Below the pieces are notes generated by a model. That model worked only from the letters and a program-made list of their open reading frames with translations, was not told the DNA's origin and did no database searches. Position numbers and translations under genes: made by a program. DNA of 62,295 bases. Source: a virus (lineage: Duplodnaviria > Caudoviricetes). Location of the stretch: positions 1-62,295 of IMG/VR virus record IMGVR_UViG_3300034093_000922; one strand, written 5' to 3'. This document shows positions 54,901 through 62,295 of this stretch, in pieces (within the stretch, counting starts at the first letter, position 1; each line of letters begins with the position of its first letter).

Positions 54901-55318
54901 TGATCACTTCCACAAATTGTCCGTCTTTGACCTTCATAGTCTTGACAGGAACATGTACGTCACCTACAAGCTTAGTATAAGCACGACCACCATCAATCGC
55001 ACAAGCTCCTACAGTTCTATAGTCCCAACGATGCTGCGAGTATTCCCACCCAGCAACGCCTTCAATCATGCTAAAGTCAAGAGCCTCAATACCATCAACA
55101 TTAGTAATCATTACTTGACGTTGCAGATTCTCGTAAATGCCGAAGTAGCGATTGCCGAACTCAGGGTGTGGTGTTGAACGATAGAAGATGTCTGCTGCAT
55201 ATGAAGCCTGCTTATTAGGTGCAGAAGTACAAACATACGTTACAGGAACACCATCCTTTTCAGAATAGAATTCTGCAATTGCTTTGATATCAAGTAATGG
55301 ATGGTGTGCAATGTTCAT
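54893..55318 (-). CDS. Conserved phage hypothetical protein
   Basis: DIFYR.TPHP.FGNRYF..YS.HR.DY..IDGGR.Y. Confidence 0.65.
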   Translation of the reverse strand: MNIAHHPLLDIKAIAEFYSEKDGVPVTYVCTSAPNKQASYAADIFYRSTPHPEFGNRYFGIYENLQRQVMITNVDGIEALDFSMIEGVAGWEYSQHRWDYRTVGACAIDGGRAYTKLVGDVHVPVKTMKVKDGQFVEVIND

Positions 55319-55376
55319 CGTTTCCTCGCTGGGCAGTCGCGCCCTTCATTACAGTTGTGGTTACACGGAGGGCAGG

Positions 55377-55595
55377 TCATCGTTTCCTCAACTTTTCATA
55401 GATTTCATAACCAGTAGTTCCAGGCAGAGACATTTGAAACCTATCAAGGATAGTTGTAATCTCTTCATAGGTCAACTCTTCAGAAGGCGACCAATCCTTT
55501 TCAGGACCAACAAACCATCCACGACTGGATAGTTCATCAGCAAGATCCTGATCGCTAAACTCGTCTAGATATATTTCTACTGTCATCTGAGCCAT
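55377..55595 (-). CDS. Hypothetical protein
   Basis: LDEF.D.DL..EL..RG. Confidence 0.55.
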   Translation of the reverse strand: MAQMTVEIYLDEFSDQDLADELSSRGWFVGPEKDWSPSEELTYEEITTILDRFQMSLPGTTGYEIYEKLRKR

Positions 55596-55828
55596 TATAT
55601 TCTTCCTTTGTTTTTTATAAAATAACAGGTATACAGCTAACTAGCAAGTAGTAACTATAATAATCTAGTTACTAATAAGTATTGTTTTTACTTCAGTTAC
55701 AGTCATGCCTAGCATACCGGCATACGTAAGTATGGTAAGATCAGGATATAGATCGTAGAAATTACGTATATCTTCATGAGTCCAGTTGTCGATATCTTGT
55801 ACATCAGGTTGAGTAGTTATACTATCAC

Positions 55829-56131
55829 TCATTGTTTCTCCAGTTCAGCTAACACAAAACTGCGCTTCCAAGCAGGGTAAGAATCGCCTTCAACGTACCC
55901 ACCATCGTGACCATCTGCAAAACCTTCATGGAATGCTTGTTCCACAAGTTCCGTAACCTTGTCCCGCCTAGCTTCTGCTCTACACTGCTTGATATAGCAG
56001 TCAGCTGCTTCGTTACAGGCTTCTGCATAGTCACGTTCCAACTGCGTAATGCGTTCAGCCATGCAATATTTACGCATTACGCAACCGTAGTGTTGGCAGT
56101 CACATTCAGCCATTACTTGATGAATATTCAT
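55829..56131 (-). CDS. Hypothetical protein (ERI.QLE/VLAELE family)
   Basis: Shares motifs with the 49.6-50.3 kb genes. Confidence 0.55.
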   Translation of the reverse strand: MNIHQVMAECDCQHYGCVMRKYCMAERITQLERDYAEACNEAADCYIKQCRAEARRDKVTELVEQAFHEGFADGHDGGYVEGDSYPAWKRSFVLAELEKQ

Positions 56132-56412
56132 TCTTGTAACTCATCTACTTTAGCAGGGCGATGATAGAACTCTTTCCAAACAGGAATAGCATGATTTACA
56201 GGAGCTATGTCCATAGTTCCCTTCTCATCAGCGGGCCAGTGCAGCAACCACTCAGCTTCCGCAGCTTCAATGGTATCAAAAAACATAGTGTTTAGATAAC
56301 TAGACCAGTATGCTGCATTCCTATTTTCTGTACGCATTAGATATACATGATAAGGTACACACCCCTCATTAAGGTTAGTGGTAGACATACTACGTATTAC
56401 GTATTTAGTCAT
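56128..56412 (-). CDS. Hypothetical protein
   Basis: GAGGAG RBS. Confidence 0.55.
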   Translation of the reverse strand: MTKYVIRSMSTTNLNEGCVPYHVYLMRTENRNAAYWSSYLNTMFFDTIEAAEAEWLLHWPADEKGTMDIAPVNHAIPVWKEFYHRPAKVDELQE

Positions 56413-56605
56413 CAAAGCACTCCTCATTAAACATATCATCTATAATCGCAGCTAGATCATCAAAACTTTGGTAAGTAGTCTCGCCTTTTCTTGCTCTATA
56501 ACCATCAGCAAAGTCAAAACTGAATACCCAGCCTTTATATAGTATCATACCACCGGCAGTCTCAATTTGATTACCGATATAAGCTATCAGCTCACGCTTA
56601 TTCAT
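56405..56605 (-). CDS. Hypothetical protein
   Basis: ORF in operon. Confidence 0.5.
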   Translation of the reverse strand: MNKRELIAYIGNQIETAGGMILYKGWVFSFDFADGYRARKGETTYQSFDDLAAIIDDMFNEECFDD

Positions 56606-56846
56606 CCGAAGCATCGTTATAATGTGCAGCAAGCTCACGATAGTCAATCTCGCCCAAAGCACTATTAAGTAGATCGATAATTAAATTTTCATGGTCACTA
56701 CCCCATGTTACTTGCTCTACCATCTCAACTACTAAAGCTTTGATATACTCAGGCGTAATATTAACCAACGACTCGTAGTCTAGAGCAAGGGTATCACCCA
56801 GCCACAAATTTACTAGCCAAGTTTCTTTATTTTTCCAACCGTTCAT
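56598..56846 (-). CDS. Conserved phage hypothetical protein
   Basis: NGW.N.ETW.VNLW..DLL..AL..I...ELA. Confidence 0.65.
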   Translation of the reverse strand: MNGWKNKETWLVNLWLGDTLALDYESLVNITPEYIKALVVEMVEQVTWGSDHENLIIDLLNSALGEIDYRELAAHYNDASDE

Positions 56847-56847
56847 A

Positions 56848-57192
56848 TTAATTCTCCTTCATGTCAGCCAGCACAGTGCGGGCTTCCTCAATCGTCATAA
56901 GCTCTCGTGATTCAAACCACTCACCCCTACGAAATGAGTCTTCCTCACCATATTCAATACTGCGCCCACTCTCTAGTACAAGTTCGTCGAGCCTCATTAA
57001 GCAGAATTTCAGATGCTCCAGTGCCTTTTGCGAGTTGGCTTCTGCGGTTTCAGCACGATCATGTAGAGCTTCTATCAAAATATGCGCATCCTCCATCAGT
57101 TGTGAGTGGCGCATGTTGGCGGAACCCACTCTCGCTGTCATCATCAAATCGTCTGAGATTCTTGTCACAGTCTCTGTGCTTGTATCGATCAT
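56848..57192 (-). CDS. Hypothetical protein
   Basis: AE.AEA..ARTVLA motif. Confidence 0.55.
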   Translation of the reverse strand: MIDTSTETVTRISDDLMMTARVGSANMRHSQLMEDAHILIEALHDRAETAEANSQKALEHLKFCLMRLDELVLESGRSIEYGEEDSFRRGEWFESRELMTIEEARTVLADMKEN

Positions 57193-57240
57193 TTCTTTTC
57201 TCCGATTAGGTTTTCAATGTGTGTGTATTGTGAGGTGAAC

Positions 57241-57567
57241 TCATTGTACATACTTGCTTAAATCAGCTCCTGAAGCAGCCATACAAGCTGTGTTAGTTTC
57301 AGTGTATAGCTGTACCATAGTCCAAGTACCAGTAGCTTGATTAGTGTAAAACAGAAGTTTATAATAAGCTAACCCTAATTCTTCTCCGTTAGCCCACTCT
57401 TGCGTACCAGTACCCATCATTGTAGGTATCTCTCCATATCCTTCAATAGTTTTATGCATAGTTTGATAATCTTCACAATATATAGGATTTACATAAAGAT
57501 AAGTAGTTTCTGAGTAAGCTGAGGTAGCAACTAAGCTGATAGCTGCAGCACGTATAATTGTATTCAT
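57241..57567 (-). CDS. Secreted/periplasmic hypothetical protein
   Basis: Signal peptide; C....M..YGE.P..N..TGTWT..AC..ASG. Confidence 0.6.
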   Translation of the reverse strand: MNTIIRAAAISLVATSAYSETTYLYVNPIYCEDYQTMHKTIEGYGEIPTMMGTGTQEWANGEELGLAYYKLLFYTNQATGTWTMVQLYTETNTACMAASGADLSKYVQ

Positions 57568-57659
57568 TGCATACCTTTCTAAAGTAGCTTGTGTAATTTT
57601 ATTAATTAAGTTATAATAACATAACTACAACAAAGTAACCACTATGAAGTGAATAAAGA

Positions 57660-58271
57660 ATGGAGCAATGCATGACTGAAGAAGAAGTATGGATGTGTAT
57701 TGACCCACAAGATATGTGGGTTTTAGATAAACTTATTGTAGCTAGAATGTCTGGACATATTGCCGGTCCTATAGGAGTAGATGTAACTAATCCTGGCTGG
57801 TATATAGTACGTCCTGCGGTAAATGCTTTAGGATTAGGAATTGGTGCAGAACGTCACTGGTTAACTGGTAATACAGACACACTAGCTCCAGGACACTTTT
57901 GGTGTGAATGGTTTGATGGTAGACACTTAAGTATAGACTATCACTGGGGTGTACAAACACTTGCAGTTGAAGGGTTTAAGCCTGATACAACATTTACTCG
58001 TTGGACTGATTGGAGACGAGTAGACGACGTAGTACCACTACCAGCAATGCTAACTAAGATAGCAGATAAGTATGAATGGATAAATTGTGAATATATAGGT
58101 GGAAAACTAATAGAAGTTCATCTTCGAAATAACCAAGACTTCGCAGGAAATGTGTATCACTTTATACCAGTATGGGACGGCGATCCCACCGTCCCACCTG
58201 AAGGTTATGAGTACCTAGACTACCCTGATATTCATGGGCGTATAGGAGCGTTTATTCTTCGTCAAGACTAA
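57660..58271 (+). CDS. Conserved phage protein, possible ATP-grasp fold
   Basis: YIVRP..N..G.G.GA..FWCEWF.G.H.S.DY..WIN.E.IG.K.IEVH.R. Confidence 0.55.
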   Translation: MEQCMTEEEVWMCIDPQDMWVLDKLIVARMSGHIAGPIGVDVTNPGWYIVRPAVNALGLGIGAERHWLTGNTDTLAPGHFWCEWFDGRHLSIDYHWGVQTLAVEGFKPDTTFTRWTDWRRVDDVVPLPAMLTKIADKYEWINCEYIGGKLIEVHLRNNQDFAGNVYHFIPVWDGDPTVPPEGYEYLDYPDIHGRIGAFILRQD

Positions 58272-58533
58272 GTGACTCAATATCGTACATATCTTCAAAG
58301 TCAAACGTAGAAATCTGTTCAGCAATTGTTTCACAAATATGCTCAGGGTCATAAGGAATGCCTTCACGAACAATAGGGCTAAACATTCCAATAGGGATCA
58401 TACGGCGTCCAGGACCAGGAGTAAAAAAAGTAAATATATTCTTATTACCATCATAAGCATAACCTATATTTTGTTTAAAAATAGGATCACCAATAATGTT
58501 TTCTAGACTTTGAGCGTTTGTAGGTTCGGTCAT
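58252..58533 (-). CDS. Hypothetical protein
   Basis: AAGGAG RBS. Confidence 0.55.
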   Translation of the reverse strand: MTEPTNAQSLENIIGDPIFKQNIGYAYDGNKNIFTFFTPGPGRRMIPIGMFSPIVREGIPYDPEHICETIAEQISTFDFEDMYDIESLSLDEE

Positions 58534-58578
58534 GTAGTCTCCTTTATACTTCTTCGTGGTTATTCCGACGAGTAGGTT

Positions 58579-58785
58579 TTAGCCTGTTTGTAGTAATTGT
58601 TTAATTAGCGGCTCGTCATACCATACATCATCAATAGCAGCCTCAATAGCTTGTTGAGGGTCAAGACCCTCAGCCCAATAGCTATACCAAGAAGCGTCTG
58701 GTAGAGAACCAGAGGTTAGCCCGATATTATTATGTAGAATTGTATCGCGGCGACGTTTCCAGATAGCAAAATCCATAGTATTCAT
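58579..58785 (-). CDS. Hypothetical protein, similar to 44885..45055
   Basis: F..W....D..GL....LPD..W..Y..EG..P..A. Confidence 0.6.
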   Translation of the reverse strand: MNTMDFAIWKRRRDTILHNNIGLTSGSLPDASWYSYWAEGLDPQQAIEAAIDDVWYDEPLIKQLLQTG

Positions 58786-59030
58786 TAGCAGCTCCTTAAT
58801 GATTGTTAAGAGTTGTATCGATATCTCGGATATCGGTAATGCTAGTTAAGACGCGCCCATCATAAGTAACTTCTAGAATCATATTTTCAAATACGTCTTG
58901 TGGGTCATCGTCATCGTTAATATACACACGGACTTCTAAGTTAATAACTTTACTCTTCATTGTATATCCTCGCTCATACTATTGCTATACCTTATAATAA
59001 CATGAAAAAACTAACATAGCAATAGCAATG

Positions 59031-59264
59031 TTAGTTAGCGTAGTACTCACCTGGGTTATCCGGCCAATGTTCTGCAAACACTTCTATGTGTAAAGAACCA
59101 TCTTCTGGTATAAGTTCTGCAGGATATCCTTCGCTAATTAGCCAACGCTTTAAATCAAAGTCTTTACCTAGTGTATGATATTCTTCATGCACAGGTTTAG
59201 GAAACCCATACTTATGCCCATTACGCGGCAATATCATCATTGCTGACACAGTTAATCCTTTCAT
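59031..59264 (-). CDS. Hypothetical protein
   Basis: P..G.KYGFPK..WL..EGYP. Confidence 0.55.
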   Translation of the reverse strand: MKGLTVSAMMILPRNGHKYGFPKPVHEEYHTLGKDFDLKRWLISEGYPAELIPEDGSLHIEVFAEHWPDNPGEYYAN

Positions 59265-59805
59265 GTTGCGGATGAAATACTACTTGTATACCTGCAGAAG
59301 AGTATCTCTGACCAGCTACTTCCATAGATTGTGTAGTTTTTAGTAGTCGTTTATTCTCTTCTGGAGTAACTATGGTAGCATAACCATATTTATACATCCA
59401 ATCTACTAGTTGATTAAAGGACCATTGCTCATACATCAACCCCGTCTTAGGTATTAACAGAGGATGTTCATGTTCTACAGTCCAAAAGCGCTTACCATTA
59501 TCAGAACGTACATCACAGATTTGTCGGTGAGTAGGAGGTTTGCCAGCACGAGTAACGGTAAGTAGCTTACTAGCTAGCCAGTATTTGTCCATAGCCTCAT
59601 TAGTCCAACGTAAACACCACTGAATCATAGACTGAGTATTGTTATTGATATTAGTATTTTCACAAGAGATAATATCAGAGGCTCCACGCAAGCAAGCATC
59701 AAGTATGCTTCTACGATACTTATGAATTAGAGAGCTGTTACCAATTTCATAAGCAAGACGTAGATATTCATGAACTTGCTGGTTCCACTCAGACACTTCT
59801 TGCAT
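59221..59805 (-). CDS. Hypothetical protein, possible His-Me nuclease remnant
   Basis: EHEHP..VT.EEN..L..RY..AGI. Confidence 0.45.
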   Translation of the reverse strand: MQEVSEWNQQVHEYLRLAYEIGNSSLIHKYRRSILDACLRGASDIISCENTNINNNTQSMIQWCLRWTNEAMDKYWLASKLLTVTRAGKPPTHRQICDVRSDNGKRFWTVEHEHPLLIPKTGLMYEQWSFNQLVDWMYKYGYATIVTPEENKRLLKTTQSMEVAGQRYSSAGIQVVFHPQHERINCVSNDDIAA

Positions 59806-59815
59806 GCTATGTTCC

Positions 59816-60490
59816 TTAAATCTCGCTCTGTTTATTACTTAATCTAGTTTTTAAGTAGTGTTTTGACCAATCTCCATCACTAGCTGGAGTATATATTAGC
59901 CACAGTATTCGTCTATCTTGAGTATAAGCTGTAAGAGGTATCTGATGTAAGTGGTGCCCAGTCATTTCAAACATTTGACCAGCTACTCCACCTACTGAAT
60001 GCCATACTTGTACCTCAGGTAAAATAGATTCAGATAGACTGCCATGATTAGGAAGCATGAAGGAACTAGCTGGAACCCAGCTAGTTAGTACTCGAACAGC
60101 ATTCCCAGGAGTACAATCAGTTAAAAATATACCATATACTGCATAGCGTTTAGGCCCTGCCTCAGCTGCATAGAATATATCTTGATGTATGCTAGAAACC
60201 TGCTTACTTCCAGATGATTCTTGTACTAATCTAGAAGCAAAGAATATAGCTTTTTCTTTGAACATAGCTTCTGCATAGTTACTTACTTTACTAATTAGCC
60301 AAGCATAGTCTATTAGTAAGTGTGTACCATATATACGTCTAGGGATTCCAAGTTCATTATAAGACCAGCAACCAGGTAGTCTTTTGGAGTAGTAACTACT
60401 TTGTGCTAACAGTTCATCATACTGCGTATTTAGCAACGCTACTTCTTCAGTACTTAGCAAGTTATAAATAGGTAGCTTAAACTTATCCAT
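59816..60490 (-). CDS. PhyH-like 2OG-Fe(II) dioxygenase
   Basis: HQD (HxD), I.LTD, G....M.GH..H, R..L.L.Y. Confidence 0.55.
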   Translation of the reverse strand: MDKFKLPIYNLLSTEEVALLNTQYDELLAQSSYYSKRLPGCWSYNELGIPRRIYGTHLLIDYAWLISKVSNYAEAMFKEKAIFFASRLVQESSGSKQVSSIHQDIFYAAEAGPKRYAVYGIFLTDCTPGNAVRVLTSWVPASSFMLPNHGSLSESILPEVQVWHSVGGVAGQMFEMTGHHLHQIPLTAYTQDRRILWLIYTPASDGDWSKHYLKTRLSNKQSEI

Positions 60491-60656
60491 TAGCTAACTT
60501 TGCGCATGTTAAGTAGTAACTGTTCTTCAGTTATGGAAATTCCCCGTAGTTTACGCATCCACATAGCTTTAGTAACCTTAGATAGCTGGGGATTATTATC
60601 TAGTAATTTAGTGATTGATAAACATCGTTTAAGTTGTAGACTATAATCTATCATAG

Positions 60657-60845
60657 TCACTCCTTATTATTAAAATTGTGTATAGTGCCTTTAATAACGT
60701 ATTTAGCATGTCCAGATGCTACACTCACTTCACAGGTAACAGAAGTTACTCCTACCAGTTGAGTACCGTTGCTAAAGAAGACTCTAGTATCATCGGCATT
60801 CATAAACTTGATTTCTTTTACTGTAACTTTTTCTACTTCAGACAT
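60657..60845 (-). CDS. Hypothetical protein
   Basis: GAGG RBS. Confidence 0.5.
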   Translation of the reverse strand: MSEVEKVTVKEIKFMNADDTRVFFSNGTQLVGVTSVTCEVSVASGHAKYVIKGTIHNFNNKE

Positions 60846-61074
60846 TTTTAGTAACCTCTATAAAGTAAGCGCCTTCAGGCTGGTTCATCGCTTGTTGTAA
60901 TTCTTCAAACATTTTAGGAGTTAGGTTAATCAACTCATACTTAGCTCGTCTAGGATTCCACTGTCTAATGTATACCACATCATCATTGATGATTACAGTA
61001 GTATCTTCTAGTTTAGCAGTATCATCTACAATGGTAACTACAAACTCATCATACTCAAATTCTACTGTAAACAT
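60838..61074 (-). CDS. Conserved phage hypothetical protein
   Basis: MFT.E..D..ED..V.IRQ..L..AMN.PEGAY. Confidence 0.65.
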   Translation of the reverse strand: MFTVEFEYDEFVVTIVDDTAKLEDTTVIINDDVVYIRQWNPRRAKYELINLTPKMFEELQQAMNQPEGAYFIEVTKNV

Positions 61075-61076
61075 TA

Positions 61077-61286
61077 TTAGGAATTACGAATATCTTCACG
61101 ATAGTCATCAATTGCAGATAGAATATCTGACAGAGCGTAAATAGCTTCTTCGTAGCTTACACACTCATCAATAACTTCCGTAATGTCTTCATCAGTCCAA
61201 GACTCTACTAGAATATCCCAGCCATCTTCCTCATAGTGGGCACTAGCATGTTCACGAATTCTTTCAATCCAATTACTGCGACTCAT
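61077..61286 (-). CDS. Acidic hypothetical protein
   Basis: HA..HYE..GWD..VE.W.D.DI; AAGGAG RBS. Confidence 0.65.
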   Translation of the reverse strand: MSRSNWIERIREHASAHYEEDGWDILVESWTDEDITEVIDECVSYEEAIYALSDILSAIDDYREDIRNS

Positions 61287-61322
61287 ATCACTTCTCCTTG
61301 TTATCTAAATAATTAATGTGCA

Positions 61323-61505
61323 TTATGCTGCTTGTACTACTTCTGTATTATCCCAAATATTAGCTACTTCTATAGCTGCTGCCTCGCTAACAAATTTCAT
61401 TTGTTCGGTTGTTGCAGTAATAACATTAGTGCTAGTAGCGTCAGAAGCAGTGCTAGTTACGATCTGTTGTACAATATTTCCATCACGTTTAATTAACCAA
61501 TGCAT
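61323..61505 (-). CDS. Hypothetical protein
   Basis: Promoter TTGCTG-17-TAATAT and AAGGA RBS. Confidence 0.5.
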   Translation of the reverse strand: MHWLIKRDGNIVQQIVTSTASDATSTNVITATTEQMKFVSEAAAIEVANIWDNTEVVQAA

Positions 61506-62005
61506 GATATATCCTTTATTCATGGTATACTTAATATTAACAAAAAAACTACCAGCCAGCAAACTAGTAGTTTAAACATAGTATATAATACGACATAATT
61601 TTTGAACAGAGTTTCCCACCGGACATACAGCGAAACTACGTTTCAGGATCTATCGGCTAACAACGATAAGCAACTCTGTTGCCCTACGGCTTTTTCTCTA
61701 TTGTGTGATTATCGAGTGTATTGAATGATTCATCTGTTGGATATTTGAACAAGCTGTTGACGAGCTGTGTTCAGATTATTAACTATTCGTTTTGTTGTTC
61801 CTTAGAAATATTAGCACGGTTTTACCCAGATAGCAACCCGTCATTTTTTAGACTTTGCTAATTAGTCCTGACGTCCAGTTGTACGCTAAACTCTCAGCAT
61901 AGTACTTAGAGCGGTCAATAACAGACCTAGACTCTACTAGCTTACCATCTTCATATAAGTGTACTACGTAGCAGATTTCTTCAACGATACTAGCTGTACG
62001 ATTCT

Positions 62006-62191
62006 TCATTTTATGATATATCCTTTGATTTCAAATTTTGTTATTTTATAGATAATAACAGGGTAGATAACAGTTAGAAGCGCAGCAATTCCAAAGAATA
62101 TATTATCTGTAGCTGACATAAAAATAGGCACAACAATAACTGCGGTTACAGCTGTGTATATGCCTATAGCGATGATCTTCCAATACAGCAT
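62006..62191 (-). CDS. Small membrane protein
   Basis: Two hydrophobic helices. Confidence 0.5.
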   Translation of the reverse strand: MLYWKIIAIGIYTAVTAVIVVPIFMSATDNIFFGIAALLTVIYPVIIYKITKFEIKGYIIK

Positions 62192-62295
62192 TATTTAGTA
62201 GCAAGCCGATCATAGGCTTCATCAACAGTAATATTGTAGGCAGCACAAGCTAGTGCAAACTTTATACCATAACCTACCATAATCTTCTGTACATC

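Overview
This window is part of a large lytic siphophage with a T5-like (Demerecviridae-type) layout. The host is probably an alphaproteobacterium, inferred from GTTC-N7-GTTC boxes. There are three parts. (1) 1-35.4 kb, minus strand, is the late virion and packaging operon: a lambda-like tail tip (J/I/K/L) with an inserted radical SAM gene, Dit, tape measure, frameshifting chaperones, T5 pb6-like tail tube, terminator and completion proteins, a protease-major capsid fusion ORF, portal, nicking HNH, glycosyltransferase, TerL, fibre/LamG genes, TerS and two extra tail-terminator paralogs. (2) About 35.46-47.2 kb is a compositionally distinct, mostly plus-strand block that resembles the T5 first-step-transfer/terminal-repeat region. 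It carries small genes (four A2-like paralogs, two HAD phosphatases, a DnaQ-like exonuclease, a SleB hydrolase, acidic mini-proteins) and a tRNA-like element. Its most striking feature is non-coding: an array of alphaproteobacterial LexA-type boxes, twelve 48-bp dyads made of two inverted IHF-consensus sites around a fixed 22-bp GC-rich core, mostly sitting 19-20 bp ahead of sigma70-type promoters, and a repeat-rich injection-stop-like zone. (3) 47.3-62.3 kb holds minus-strand early and accessory genes (methyltransferase, HNH homing endonuclease with an RBS-sequestering hairpin, SPFH protein, PhyH-like dioxygenase, many hypotheticals). Family assignments come from recognised motifs and gene order, not from database searches.
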